Virus record (IMG/VR): IMGVR_UViG_3300020182_000047
Span: 1 to 53,998 of that record
DNA length: 53,998 bases
Reading direction: 5' to 3' (one strand)
DNA from: a virus
Lineage: Duplodnaviria; Caudoviricetes
The translations under genes were made by a program, and so were the position numbers. Within the stretch, counting starts at the first letter, position 1, and each line of letters begins with the position of its first letter. Positions 1 to 10,690 of the stretch are shown here, piece by piece. The notes under the pieces are model-generated. The model saw nothing but the letters and a program-made list of their open reading frames with translations, had not been told where the DNA came from and ran no database searches.

Positions 1-1
1 A

Positions 2-493
2 GCATTTAGTAATAATGTAACTAACAATCAATTTACAACAACTAGTTTAACGCCTGGAGCTACAATAACAGGTAACCCAGGAGATTCATATCAATTTGTA
101 CACACTATAACTACTGATCCTGGTTATGAATTTACATCAGGGCCAACTTGGGTGGATAATGTAAGTAATAACGGAACTGGTACTATAAACGGAACAATAC
201 CTAATTCAAACACTACAATAACGCAATCAGTTTCAGGTGTTGTAGAATCTTCAGCAACCTGCACATCATTTGCTGCGGGTCCAAATAGTAACCTTAGTGG
301 GGTATGTGAAGCAATTGGATTAAACACTTATTACCATAATGGAGCTGGAAGTTATCCAGTAGCTGGAGATATAGTATACAGTGAATCTGGATGTTCAACG
401 TTCTTAGCAGCAGGATATTACTTAATGTCAAGTGGTAATTATATAAGAGTAGTTGCAGGAGGAGAAGTATTACAAGTGGGTAATTGTGAATAA
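2..493 (+). CDS. Structural/tail-associated protein, C-terminal part (5' truncated by window edge)
   Basis: Frame is open from position 2 to the TAA at 493. It is Thr/Gly/Asn-rich with a Cys-containing C-terminal module (TYYHNG..YPVAGDIVY) and lies just before the tail fibre genes. Confidence 0.6.
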   Translation, partial: AFSNNVTNNQFTTTSLTPGATITGNPGDSYQFVHTITTDPGYEFTSGPTWVDNVSNNGTGTINGTIPNSNTTITQSVSGVVESSATCTSFAAGPNSNLSGVCEAIGLNTYYHNGAGSYPVAGDIVYSESGCSTFLAAGYYLMSSGNYIRVVAGGEVLQVGNCE

Positions 494-526
494 TACAAAA
501 ATTAAAAAACTAACTAAAAATAAAAA

Positions 527-3500
527 ATGGCAATAATATATAGTTATCCAACGGCTACGCCTAAGGCTTCAGACTTACTAATAGGTACTGTTACATATGA
601 CGGTACCTCTAGTGCGCCTGTAGATGGTAATCCAACAAGAACCTTTAATATAGGTGATATAGCTAATTTATTAGGAGGCTATACTTTATCTAGTCAAGCA
701 GCTGGAGTAAATGCAAATATTGTATTAACTAGTAACTTAGGTGCAATAAGCGCTGTAAATCTTTTAAGAGGCAATGGTATATCAATATCTGACAATGGTT
801 CAAATGGTATAACGCTAGGTAACACAGGAGTGTTGTCAATTGTTGCTTCTAATTCGACTTTTGTTAATTCAACACCTGTTTTATCAGCAACCGGCAATGT
901 AACTATATCATCTAGCCTTTCTGCTGTTGGTACACCTGGTTCTTCAAACTATTTAAGAGGTGATAACAGATGGTCTACCCCTGTAACTACAATTACAACT
1001 CAGGATAGCCAATATATAAATTTAACACCTAACTCATCTAGTAACGGCGCTGTAACTATAACAGCTCAATTATCTGCGGCTGGTTCTCCAACATCATCAA
1101 ACTTTTTAAGAGGTGATAACGTGTGGGCTGTACCTGCTGGTGGTGGTACTGTTACTTCTGTAAATGCTGGTACTGGTATTGCTGTTAATAATACTAATCC
1201 ATCCGATCCAGTAGTTAGTAATACTGGTGTGTTGTCTAATATTGCTGGTGTAGGAATATCAATAAACAATGCTACTGGAAATTCGACTATTACAAATACA
1301 GCTCCTGATCAAACTGTTGTTATAACTGGAAGCGGTGATACCACTGTTACAGGTACATACCCTACGTTTAATATATCCTCAGATTCAGGCGTTACTCAAA
1401 TAGTAGCTGGTAATGATATATCAATATCTCCTATTGGAGGAACTGGCATTGTAACAATAAATTCTACTTCGCAAGGGGGTGTTACATCTCTTATAGCTGG
1501 TGATAACATAACATTAAGTCCTATAACTGGATTAGGCGATGTTACAGTAAATGCTCCGGGGTTAATACCTTATGCTGAAACATCTACAGCAAATATACAA
1601 TTTGTTTCAGAAGATGTAGCTTTAGGTGGTGGATCTTCTTCAGATACGGTTGTACCTTCTCAACTAGCAGTTAAAACATATGTAGACAATGCGGTTGTTG
1701 GAGGACTAATATATCAAGGAGCTTATGATGCTTCTACAAATACACCAGTTCTTGATAGCAGAGGTACTCAAATAGCTGTTACTCAAGGTTGGACATATAC
1801 GGTTACAGTGGACGGAACGTTTTATGGTGAAACGGTCAAAGTTGGTGATGTACTTATTGCCGAAACAAATTTAGCTGCCGGTACAGGCGCTTTAACTGAT
1901 TGGACTACGGTTCAAAGTAATATTGATTTAGCTACAGCTGGTACTACAGCTACAGCTATTAGAGGTTTAGCTGGTTTTGATACAGACAACTTTACTGTTG
2001 TTGATGGATTTGTTAACCTAAAAGTAGGTGATATTATACCTTCAAGCATTGTAGAAAGTGTTGTAGCTGGTACAAATATAACTGTAGATAATACAGATCC
2101 AGCCAATCCTATAGTTTCAGCGGATGCTTATCCAACCGTCACTGATAGTAATTTTGTTTTTATAGATGTTAAAAACGAAACTGGTAGTACAATACCTTTG
2201 GGTACTGGCTGTATGGCTGTAGGTACTGATGGTAACTCTGGCCATATATTAATAGCACCTATGATAGCTGATAGTTCGGTTGAGCCTAAGTATTTTATTG
2301 GTGTATTAGAAGAAGAAGTTTTAAACGGTGGCTTTGGTCGTGTTGTAACACAAGGTGAAGTTAATCAAATAAATACTAATGCGTTTTTAGACGGTGATGT
2401 ATTATGGTGTGATCCAGCAAACCCTGGAGGTTTTGTTAAAACAGAGCCATTAGCACCAAATTTAAAAATATCTACGGCAATAGTATTAAACGCCTCTACA
2501 AATGGTAAAATATTTGTAAGGGTTCAAGGTAACGAAGGATTACACGAACTGCATGACGTAGGTATTGTTTCTCAAACAGACAAACAAGTACTTGCTTGGA
2601 ATAATACTGCTGGCTATTGGCAAAATCAAGATAACTTATATTCTTTAACTGCTGGCACAGGTTTAGATGGTGGTACTATAACAACAACAGGTACAATAAG
2701 TCTAGCTAATACAGCGGTAACACCTGGCGCTTATACAAATGCCAATATAACAGTTGACCAACAAGGTAGAATTACTTTAGCATCGGATGGAGCTCCTGGC
2801 GGTGTAACCTCATTAACAGCTTCTAATGGCACTTTCATAACCCTAACGCCTAATACCACGCAATCTGGTGCAGCTACTCTTACAGCTGATCTATCGGCTT
2901 CTGGGACCGCAGATTCAACTACATTCCTTCGTGGAGATAATGCGTGGGTAACTGTAGCCGGTACAACGTATGATTATTCAAGTGCTCAATCTGGTGACGA
3001 TGTTAATTTAAACTTAATACCTTCTACTGGTACAACTGATACAGTTAAACTTGTAGCTGGTTCAGGTATTAGTTTAACAGATGACGGTAGTAACAATGTA
3101 ACTATTGCAGCATCTTCTTCAAGTTCAATTGCTAAAGATGATTTTGTAGGCGATGGTACTACAGTTGCTTTTACTTTATCTGTTCAGCCTTTCTCTACAT
3201 TGTTCACAAGTGTTTATATCGCTGGTGTTTACCAAGAAAAAGAAACGTACTCAATAACTGGTACTACACTTACATTTACTACAGCGCCGCCAAATAATGG
3301 ATCTGTTGAGGTTATGTCAGTGGTTGTTTCAAATGTAACGCCTGGGGCTAATACAATTACAAGAAATGATTTTACTGGAACTGGTAGTCAAACTGATTAT
3401 ACGTTAACGGTTGCACCTTCTAGTATTAACTTTGTGGATGTATATGTAAGTGGTACATACCAAAACAAAGATACATTTACAATTGTAGGTACAACCTTAT

Positions 3501-3859
3501 CTTTTTCTGAAGCCCCGGCTAATAGTGACGAAATAGAGGTGATTATAATATCTAACGTATCACTAGTTCAAAACGAACAAGTAAATTACGGTGTTAATAC
3601 AATATCGGCTAGTACTACAGCAAGCAAGAACAACTTATATGTATTAACTGCTGATTTAACATTAACATTACCAGCGTCGCCTGCAAATGGTGATTCAATT
3701 AAAATAAGTAACTTATCAGGTGTTGCTACTTGTATACTTGGTAGAAACGGTAGTTTGATAATGGGTGCTGCAGCGGATTTAACTTTAGACACACCTTCAG
3801 CTTCGTTTGAGTTGATTTACTCAGGAGCTACAAAAGGATGGGTAATAGTAGGATTATAA
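527..3859 (+). CDS. Long tail fibre-like protein (1110 aa)
   Basis: Contains three (F/Y)LRGDNxW repeats, VTSxxAGxxIxI repeats and YTNANITVDQQGRIT. Two F.G.G...(F/Y)TL beta modules precede a C-terminal LTLPASPANGD..GRNG..IMG module typical of phage fibre/baseplate proteins. Confidence 0.75.
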   Translation: MAIIYSYPTATPKASDLLIGTVTYDGTSSAPVDGNPTRTFNIGDIANLLGGYTLSSQAAGVNANIVLTSNLGAISAVNLLRGNGISISDNGSNGITLGNTGVLSIVASNSTFVNSTPVLSATGNVTISSSLSAVGTPGSSNYLRGDNRWSTPVTTITTQDSQYINLTPNSSSNGAVTITAQLSAAGSPTSSNFLRGDNVWAVPAGGGTVTSVNAGTGIAVNNTNPSDPVVSNTGVLSNIAGVGISINNATGNSTITNTAPDQTVVITGSGDTTVTGTYPTFNISSDSGVTQIVAGNDISISPIGGTGIVTINSTSQGGVTSLIAGDNITLSPITGLGDVTVNAPGLIPYAETSTANIQFVSEDVALGGGSSSDTVVPSQLAVKTYVDNAVVGGLIYQGAYDASTNTPVLDSRGTQIAVTQGWTYTVTVDGTFYGETVKVGDVLIAETNLAAGTGALTDWTTVQSNIDLATAGTTATAIRGLAGFDTDNFTVVDGFVNLKVGDIIPSSIVESVVAGTNITVDNTDPANPIVSADAYPTVTDSNFVFIDVKNETGSTIPLGTGCMAVGTDGNSGHILIAPMIADSSVEPKYFIGVLEEEVLNGGFGRVVTQGEVNQINTNAFLDGDVLWCDPANPGGFVKTEPLAPNLKISTAIVLNASTNGKIFVRVQGNEGLHELHDVGIVSQTDKQVLAWNNTAGYWQNQDNLYSLTAGTGLDGGTITTTGTISLANTAVTPGAYTNANITVDQQGRITLASDGAPGGVTSLTASNGTFITLTPNTTQSGAATLTADLSASGTADSTTFLRGDNAWVTVAGTTYDYSSAQSGDDVNLNLIPSTGTTDTVKLVAGSGISLTDDGSNNVTIAASSSSSIAKDDFVGDGTTVAFTLSVQPFSTLFTSVYIAGVYQEKETYSITGTTLTFTTAPPNNGSVEVMSVVVSNVTPGANTITRNDFTGTGSQTDYTLTVAPSSINFVDVYVSGTYQNKDTFTIVGTTLSFSEAPANSDEIEVIIISNVSLVQNEQVNYGVNTISASTTASKNNLYVLTADLTLTLPASPANGDSIKISNLSGVATCILGRNGSLIMGAAADLTLDTPSASFELIYSGATKGWVIVGL

Positions 3860-3875
3860 AATAATAATATAAGAT

Positions 3876-4406
3876 ATGAGTAATTTAACAGATTTTTTTC
3901 CATCTGGTGGTGGAGGTTTAACACCTAAGTTTGAAGAATTTAATGCTTCGGGAACATTTACACCATCTCAAGCATTAATAGATGCGGGAGGTTACATAGA
4001 GGTTTTTTTAGTCGGAGGAGGAGGAAGAACTGGTACTAGTTATAGCACAGGCGCATCAGGAGGTGAAGTTTTAATGAAAAAAATGTATTTGACCTCTACT
4101 AATTCTTTGCCAGTAGTTATAGGGGCTGGAGGAGCGACAAGCGCTGCAAATGGTGGAAATTCTACTTTTAATGGTATTACTGCTGGGGGTGGGAATGGAA
4201 ATTATACACAATACAATCTCCTCACTGCTGGCTGGGGAAGTAGACAAAATACCGCAGCAGGTAGCGGCACATTGGGTTACGGGGCTGGTGCTACGGCTGA
4301 CGGAGGCGGGAGTGGAATTTCCCAAGCTAAAGCCAATTCTGGCTCCGCTTCATATTACAATTATGACGGTGGTTCAGGTTATTGTTTAATTAAATGGTAC
4401 GAATAA
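3876..4406 (+). CDS. Glycine-rich short tail fibre/receptor-binding-type protein
   Basis: EF.ASGTFTP...VFLVGGGG...GGSGYCLIKW glycine-rich domain pattern, in the tail module. Confidence 0.6.
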   Translation: MSNLTDFFPSGGGGLTPKFEEFNASGTFTPSQALIDAGGYIEVFLVGGGGRTGTSYSTGASGGEVLMKKMYLTSTNSLPVVIGAGGATSAANGGNSTFNGITAGGGNGNYTQYNLLTAGWGSRQNTAAGSGTLGYGAGATADGGGSGISQAKANSGSASYYNYDGGSGYCLIKWYE

Positions 4407-4408
4407 AA

Positions 4409-4756
4409 ATGGAAAACTTAATAGCTATAATAAAAGAAGGTAAAGTAGAAAATATAATAGTAGCCTCTGATGAGTTTGCTGCAACTTTACCAGAAGAAAC
4501 GGTTAACGTAACAGGTAAAGAAGTTGCAATAGGGCACAGCTACGCTAATGGTGTATTCTCTGCCCCTATAAAAACGTTAGAAGAAAAAACTGCTGAAGAA
4601 AAGTTTTGGAGAGATTCAGAATTACAATCAACTGATTTTATCGTTCCATTAACTGACCATCCACAGCACGCTGCTTATATGACTTACAGACAAGAGCTAA
4701 GGGATTACCCAGCTCAACAAGATTTTCCAAACGGCACTAGACCAGTAAAACCTTAA
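4409..4756 (+). CDS. Tail fibre assembly chaperone-like protein
   Basis: WRDSELQSTDF...YRQELRDYP..FP...P motif of tail assembly chaperones. The likely start is the ATG at 4409, just after the upstream stop. Confidence 0.6.
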   Translation: MENLIAIIKEGKVENIIVASDEFAATLPEETVNVTGKEVAIGHSYANGVFSAPIKTLEEKTAEEKFWRDSELQSTDFIVPLTDHPQHAAYMTYRQELRDYPAQQDFPNGTRPVKP

Positions 4757-4762
4757 TAAGAT

Positions 4763-5077
4763 ATGGCACTAACAAAAATAAAATACGGCGTATTAGGCAC
4801 AGAGTTTACAACAGCAGCAGCAGTAGCAGCAGCAAATATAGATTTTTCTGCAGCGGCGGTGTTTAATAAAACCCTAACAGCTGATACAACCTTTACATTT
4901 TCAAATGATGGTATTGGTATGGTTAAAGATTTAGTGCTTACTGGTTCTTTTGTGCCTACGTTTCCTGTTGGGTCAAAAGTGACAAATGGTGCTTATGATG
5001 GTACTGTTGCAAACTTTATACAAATAGCAGTTGTTGCATCAGGTGACTACTGGTTATCAATATCTCAAGCACAATAA
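4763..5077 (+). CDS. Small tail-associated protein with MALTK N-terminus
   Basis: MALTKI N-terminus is shared with 8292 and 9704; beta-rich. Confidence 0.5.
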   Translation: MALTKIKYGVLGTEFTTAAAVAAANIDFSAAAVFNKTLTADTTFTFSNDGIGMVKDLVLTGSFVPTFPVGSKVTNGAYDGTVANFIQIAVVASGDYWLSISQAQ

Positions 5078-5078
5078 T

Positions 5079-5639
5079 ATGAAAGCAATAGAAATAAACG
5101 GTAACATTAAAACATACAGGCGTCTACCATCAACTTGGGAAGACGAAAACGGTTTACACCTTAACTTTACAAAAGTAGCAGATCCAAAAGCATTTGGTTT
5201 CTACGATGTAGTTACACCATCTTATGATAGCCAAACACAGCGTTTGTCAGCTATGTTCTTTGATGCTGCTAAAAAAATCTTTACTCATACAGTTGAGGAT
5301 ATTGATTTTAATGCTGTAACAGAGATTAAAGATGAAAACGATGTTGTTATTGAAACAAAACCTGTTTATGACATTGAAGCTTTAAAGAAATCAAAAATCC
5401 AAGCTGTAAATACTGAAGCTGGTAAATTATTACAAGCAACAGACTGGTATGTTATTAGGAAAGCAGATACAACTGTAGCTATTCCAGATGATGTAGCATA
5501 CGAAAGAGCAGATATAAGAAATAAAGCAAATGATTTTGAAGCTCAAATAATAGCTTTAACATCTTATGTTGAAGTTTTAAAATACACACACACTTTTTTC
5601 TCTCAAGAAAATTTATTAGGTGAACCTATAACAGAGTAA
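5079..5639 (+). CDS. Tail fibre chaperone-like protein
   Basis: LLQATDWYVIRKA...RADIR motif; the ATG at 5079 follows the upstream TAA. Confidence 0.5.
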   Translation: MKAIEINGNIKTYRRLPSTWEDENGLHLNFTKVADPKAFGFYDVVTPSYDSQTQRLSAMFFDAAKKIFTHTVEDIDFNAVTEIKDENDVVIETKPVYDIEALKKSKIQAVNTEAGKLLQATDWYVIRKADTTVAIPDDVAYERADIRNKANDFEAQIIALTSYVEVLKYTHTFFSQENLLGEPITE

Positions 5640-5640
5640 T

Positions 5641-8283
5641 ATGTTTGGTAACAAATTGATTAACACTAACGCTGGTGGTGGTTGCACTAATACAGTAGAT
5701 TTATACAACCCATTTCCAGATGGCGGGGGTGTAGCTTTATATCAATTAAATGGCGATGCTACTGATGTTAGTGGGAACTATGATGGTACTGCTACAGATG
5801 TTACTTATGGTGCGGGAGAGTTTGGTCAAGCAGGTGTTTTTAATGGGAGTAGTAGTTTAATCACACTACCATCTTCAATAAACACAAGTTATATTAATCC
5901 TTCAGGTCAATTTAGTTTTTCTTTATGGGTTAAATTAAATGAGGTTGGAACTAATCAATATAGAATAATTGATTTTGATGTTCCAAACAATATAGAATTA
6001 ACATTAAACGCTAATGGTCAACAAGCTGGTAAAATTATATGGGTTATATATAATACAAGTTATGAATATTTAGTTTCAAATACAACTGTAGTTGCTAATA
6101 CTTGGTATCATATATCTGTGACTTACAATAATGGTTTTTCAGAATTATTTATTAATGGTTCAAGCGAAGGAACTATGAGTAAAACTTTAGTTCAAAGTAG
6201 TCAAAATATCGGCTTGGGAGCAAGGTTTAATAATACTGAAAACACAAACGGCTCAATAGACCAAGTAAGATTTTTCAACAGAGCATTAAGACCTTACGAA
6301 GTAGAGGCTTTATATACAGAAGAATATTGCACACCTACTATTGTACCAAGTGAGCATTTTAATACTGTCTTGTATGAAGGAAATGGTGGTACTTTGCCTA
6401 TTACAGATGTAGGATTCCAACCAGATTTTGTTTGGTTGAAATGCAGAAATGTAGCTAAAGACCATAGGCTTTATGATTCAGTAAGGGGTGTAGCTAATTT
6501 TTTAGAATCAAACAATACAGATGCAGAAGCCGTAGCAGCTACAAGTTTGACTTCGTTTGATACAAATGGATTTACTTTAGGTGCAGCAACTACAACAAAT
6601 TCTAATGGAGACGATTTCGTTGCTTGGAACTTTAAAGCAGGAGGCGCAGCAGTAACAAACACAGACGGTACAATAACAAGTCAAGTATCTGCTAATACAG
6701 AAGCAGGGTTTAGTGTTGTTGGTTATACAAGTTCAGGAAGTGTTGCAACCGTAGGACACGGATTGGGGGTTGCTCCAAATATAATTATAGCTAAAAACAG
6801 AGGTAATTCTGGTGCTTGGAATGTTTATATTTCTGAAATAGGAAACGATAAAAGATTAAGATTAGATGACACTTCTGCAGCTACTTCAAATACTGTTTGG
6901 GGAAACACTAATCCAACTGATAGTGTTTTCACTCAAGATGTAACGGCAGCAACAACTAATATTATAGCCTACTGCTTTGCAGAAGTAGAAGGTTTCTCAA
7001 ACTTTGGTTCGTATGTTGGTACAGGAGCAAGTGGTAATACTGTTGTAACAGGATTTGAGCCTGCTTTTGTTATGATTAAGGGTACAAGCCTTGCAAGTCA
7101 ATGGAATATTCTTGACAATAAAAGAGATACAACAAATCCAGCTACCCATAGATTATTTGCAAACCTATCTAATGCAGAATCAACAGGCATAAATGCTTTG
7201 AGTTTTTTAGAAAATGGTTTTGAAATAAATAATAGTGACGCAGGATTTAATGGAAGTGGACAATCATACATCTATATGGCATTTGCTGCTGACCCTACTA
7301 CAATAGAACCTTCTTTAGAGGACAGTTTTAATATTGTTTTATATACAGGAGATGGAACTTCAAATAGAACTATTAGCGGTTATGGATTTGACCCAGATTT
7401 TCTTTGGATGAAGCCAAGAAATTTTGCTTATTCACATAATCTTTATGATACAGTTAGAGGAGATGGAATTAGATTGGTTACTAATTCAACGGCTGCAGAC
7501 CAAGATATTCAATACCTTAAATTTACAAATGATGGATTTATTGAAGATGCAAGTAGAAATAATGAAAGTGGTGTTGATTATGTTGTTTGGGGTTGGAAAG
7601 GAGCAGAAATACCTGCTATAAACAGTAACGGTAGTATTCCTTCTGTTGTTAGTGCAAATCCTGCTGCTGGTTTTAGTATTGTTAGTTATAATAGTAATGG
7701 AACCGCTGGTTCAACAATAGGTCACGGATTAGAAGCAGAACCTAAAATGATTATTGTTAAAAATAGAGATGACGTAGATAAATGGGCTGTTTATCATAAC
7801 TCTATTGGAGCAACAGATTTTCTAGTTCTAAACGAAACGGCAGCAGCAGTTTCTTCATCTGCTTATTGGAATAATACGAGTCCTAATTCAAACGTGTTTA
7901 CGGTTGGGTCAACATCTCCTGTTAATTCGCCTAATAACGAAAACTACATAGCCTACTGCTTTGCAGAGGTTGCAGGGTTCAGTAAATTTGGTAGTTATAC
8001 AGGGACAGGAAGTGCAAGAACAATATCTTTAGATTTTACCCCTGCTTTTGTTATGATTAAAAGAACAGGTACAACGGGTTCTTGGCAGATATTTGATAAT
8101 AAAAGAAGTACATATAGATTAATTCCTAATAGCACTTCTGCGGAACAACAATCCGCAGGAACTAATGATGAGGTTACTCTTGTAGCAAATGGGTTTACTT
8201 TACCAACTGATGCAGGTAACGGAAATAATAGTGCTTTAGCAGGGAACACCTACATCTATATGGCATTTGCTAATCAATTTTAA
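5641..8283 (+). CDS. Tail/receptor-binding protein: LamG (concanavalin-like) domain plus two tandem beta-rich repeat domains
   Basis: FSFSLWVK..WYHISVTY..GSIDQVRFFNRAL is LamG-like. Two copies of FN.VLY.G.G..PDF.W.K.R...AGFS.V.Y...IAYCFAEV.GFS.FGSY.G...YIYMAFA follow. Confidence 0.7.
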   Translation: MFGNKLINTNAGGGCTNTVDLYNPFPDGGGVALYQLNGDATDVSGNYDGTATDVTYGAGEFGQAGVFNGSSSLITLPSSINTSYINPSGQFSFSLWVKLNEVGTNQYRIIDFDVPNNIELTLNANGQQAGKIIWVIYNTSYEYLVSNTTVVANTWYHISVTYNNGFSELFINGSSEGTMSKTLVQSSQNIGLGARFNNTENTNGSIDQVRFFNRALRPYEVEALYTEEYCTPTIVPSEHFNTVLYEGNGGTLPITDVGFQPDFVWLKCRNVAKDHRLYDSVRGVANFLESNNTDAEAVAATSLTSFDTNGFTLGAATTTNSNGDDFVAWNFKAGGAAVTNTDGTITSQVSANTEAGFSVVGYTSSGSVATVGHGLGVAPNIIIAKNRGNSGAWNVYISEIGNDKRLRLDDTSAATSNTVWGNTNPTDSVFTQDVTAATTNIIAYCFAEVEGFSNFGSYVGTGASGNTVVTGFEPAFVMIKGTSLASQWNILDNKRDTTNPATHRLFANLSNAESTGINALSFLENGFEINNSDAGFNGSGQSYIYMAFAADPTTIEPSLEDSFNIVLYTGDGTSNRTISGYGFDPDFLWMKPRNFAYSHNLYDTVRGDGIRLVTNSTAADQDIQYLKFTNDGFIEDASRNNESGVDYVVWGWKGAEIPAINSNGSIPSVVSANPAAGFSIVSYNSNGTAGSTIGHGLEAEPKMIIVKNRDDVDKWAVYHNSIGATDFLVLNETAAAVSSSAYWNNTSPNSNVFTVGSTSPVNSPNNENYIAYCFAEVAGFSKFGSYTGTGSARTISLDFTPAFVMIKRTGTTGSWQIFDNKRSTYRLIPNSTSAEQQSAGTNDEVTLVANGFTLPTDAGNGNNSALAGNTYIYMAFANQF
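6352..8270 (+). repeat. Internal tandem domain duplication (about 6352-7290 and 7318-8270)
   Basis: Two homologous domains of about 310 aa. DNA is locally near-identical, e.g. atagcctactgctttgcaga and tacatctatatggcatttgct each occur twice. Confidence 0.8.
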
Positions 8284-8291
8284 ATAAAAAA

Positions 8292-9305
8292 ATGGCATTA
8301 ACAAAAGTAACAAACGATTTATTAGCGCTTGGTGAAAGCACCGAAGCGTTAGGTTTACCAAAAGGTACAACCGCTCAAAGACCAACTTCTCCTATTCAAG
8401 GAATGACAAGGCAAAATACCGATGACAATGTTATTGAGTATTACGATGGAACTGAATGGAAGCAGATAACTGCAACAGGACCAGTAGTTGATTACAGTGT
8501 TGATTTTCTTGTTGTTGCTGGTGGTGGTGGTGGAGGTTCTTACATCGCAGGAGGAGGCGGTGCGGGAGGACTTAGAACGTCTTATGGATCGACATCAGGC
8601 GGTGGAGCAGCAGCGGAAGCTCCATTAACGTTACAACCAGCAACCACTTACAATGTAACCATTGGGGCTGGCGGGACAGGAGGTGTAACTCCTGGGACTG
8701 TTAAATCAACAAATGGTCTTGCATCAAGTTTTGCAACAATAACATCTATCGGCGGCGGAGGTGGTGGTGCTACTGATGTTCCAGCTAATGCTAACCTTTT
8801 TTCAGGAGCTAGTGGTGGCTCAGGAGGTGCTAGTCGTTCTTATTGGGGAACTGCTACCCCTCCGAACGGTGTGCCAGGTAGTGGAACCGCTGGTCAAGGA
8901 TATGATGGAGGTCAAGGAACATCAGGGGGTGGTTATGGCGCAGGCGGCGGCGGCGCTGCAGGTCCAGGCACTACAACTTTATCTGGTAACACTGTATTGG
9001 GAGGTCCAGGTCTTGCGGTATCAATAAAAGGAGGTTCATCTTTTACTTATGCAGCTGGAGGTCGTGGTGGTAGAGAAGTATCTCCAAATGATCCAGTACC
9101 ATCAGGCGCTGCAAATACAGGGACTGGTGGAGATGGCAGACAAGATGGTACTAACGCTTCTGGAGGAGCTGGAGGCTCTGGAGTAGTAATACTTAGAATG
9201 CCAACTGTAAAATACAGCGGGACAACTACAGGAAGTCCGACAGTTACAACAGACGGAACAGATACAATATTAACATATACAAGTAGCGGAACATACACCG
9301 CATAA
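8292..9305 (+). CDS. Glycine-rich tail fibre protein, paralog 1
   Basis: PKGTTAQRP..G..R.NT....EYYDGTEW, then LVVAGGGGGG glycine-rich domain, ending GSGVVILR...SGTYTA. Confidence 0.7.
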   Translation: MALTKVTNDLLALGESTEALGLPKGTTAQRPTSPIQGMTRQNTDDNVIEYYDGTEWKQITATGPVVDYSVDFLVVAGGGGGGSYIAGGGGAGGLRTSYGSTSGGGAAAEAPLTLQPATTYNVTIGAGGTGGVTPGTVKSTNGLASSFATITSIGGGGGGATDVPANANLFSGASGGSGGASRSYWGTATPPNGVPGSGTAGQGYDGGQGTSGGGYGAGGGGAAGPGTTTLSGNTVLGGPGLAVSIKGGSSFTYAAGGRGGREVSPNDPVPSGAANTGTGGDGRQDGTNASGGAGGSGVVILRMPTVKYSGTTTGSPTVTTDGTDTILTYTSSGTYTA

Positions 9306-9318
9306 TTAATTTAATACT

Positions 9319-9702
9319 ATGGGACACTTTGCAAAAGTTTCAAACGGAATAGTTACAAGGGTAATTGTAGCTGAAGCAGATTTTTTTAACAACTTCGTAG
9401 ACGATAGTCCAGGAAAGTGGATTCAGACTTCTTATAACACAAGAGGTGGAGTGCATTATCAGCCTAACACTAACGAGCCAAGCGAAGATCAATCTAAAGC
9501 ACTTAGAAAAAACTATGCTGGTATTGGTTACTCTTACGATTCCACAAGAGATGCTTTTATTCCACCTCAACCATTTAACAGCTGGACATTGAACGAAGAC
9601 ACTTGTCTTTGGGATTCTCCAGTACCTTACCCAACAGATGGTAAGTTATACAAATGGAATGAGGAGATACTTAACTGGGAGGAAGTAATTATAGAAGCAT
9701 AG
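9319..9702 (+). CDS. Conserved phage protein accompanying glycine-rich fibres (putative chaperone)
   Basis: MGHFAK..WIQTSYNT..LRKNYAGIGY.YD..RDAFIPPQPF.SW pattern; sits between two fibre paralogs. Confidence 0.55.
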   Translation: MGHFAKVSNGIVTRVIVAEADFFNNFVDDSPGKWIQTSYNTRGGVHYQPNTNEPSEDQSKALRKNYAGIGYSYDSTRDAFIPPQPFNSWTLNEDTCLWDSPVPYPTDGKLYKWNEEILNWEEVIIEA

Positions 9703-9703
9703 T

Positions 9704-10669
9704 ATGGCTACTACAAAAGTAAATCACCCGGATTTATTAGACCTTGCATCTGACACAGGAGCAACTGTATTTCCTAAAGGAACTACTGCAGAACGGCCTG
9801 TAAGTCCAGAAGCTGGATATATACGCTTTAACACTACTGATAATGTTATGGAAACATACGATGGCACAGAGTGGAAGGTTTTAGATACAGTTGTTTCTGA
9901 ATATTCAATTGACTATTTAGTAGTTGCTGGAGGTGGGGGTGGAAATACAGACAACGCTGGCGGTGGCGGAGCGGGGGGCTATTTAGAATTATTAGCAATT
10001 ATTGATAAAAATCAAAGCTATACTATAACTGTTGGCGCAGGGGGGAATGCTGGTACAGCATATAATGCCCCAGGTTTAAACGGGGGAGATAGCAGCATAA
10101 TAGGATCAGCGATAATAACAACATCTTTAGGCGGAGGTAGAGCCGGTAGTAGAAACGGTGTACCGCCTAATTCCGGAGGTTCTGGTGGTGGCGGCGGCGC
10201 AACTGGTCCGCCAAGTGGAACAGGAGCGTCTGGAACAGTTGGGCAAGGCAACGCTGGGTCTGACGGTAACCAATCGCCTTTTTATCAAGGCGGAGGTGGT
10301 GGAGGAGCTGGCGCTAATGCTTCAACACCAAATGGAGGAATTGGATTACAATCATCTATAACAGGATTATCTGTTTATTATGCTGGTGGTGGTGGAGGTG
10401 GTGCAAACAGCAACCCCGGGACAGGGGGAGCTGGTGGTGGGGGTAACGGAACCACAACAGGAACTGCAATTTCCGGAGGCTCTAACACTGGTGGTGGCGG
10501 AGGCAGCAGCAACGCGTCGGGGATTGGTGGATCGGGTGGTTCTGGAGTAGTTATTCTGCGTATGCCAACTGCAAACTATTCTAGCACTACAACAGGTTCA
10601 CCTACTGTAACAACAGATGGAAGCGATACAATACTAACTTATACATCGAGTGGTACATATACTGCTTAA
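9704..10669 (+). CDS. Glycine-rich tail fibre protein, paralog 2
   Basis: Same architecture as 8292-9305, with a nearly identical C-terminal ~40 aa. Confidence 0.7.
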   Translation: MATTKVNHPDLLDLASDTGATVFPKGTTAERPVSPEAGYIRFNTTDNVMETYDGTEWKVLDTVVSEYSIDYLVVAGGGGGNTDNAGGGGAGGYLELLAIIDKNQSYTITVGAGGNAGTAYNAPGLNGGDSSIIGSAIITTSLGGGRAGSRNGVPPNSGGSGGGGGATGPPSGTGASGTVGQGNAGSDGNQSPFYQGGGGGGAGANASTPNGGIGLQSSITGLSVYYAGGGGGGANSNPGTGGAGGGGNGTTTGTAISGGSNTGGGGGSSNASGIGGSGGSGVVILRMPTANYSSTTTGSPTVTTDGSDTILTYTSSGTYTA

Positions 10670-10690
10670 TAATACCACTTAAAAAAACCA

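Noticed and set aside
9175-10669. Near-identical 3' ends of the two glycine-rich fibre genes as a DGR template/variable repeat pair
   Set aside because: Differences are mostly synonymous and not adenine-specific, both copies are coding, and no reverse transcriptase is in the window. This is ordinary paralogy.
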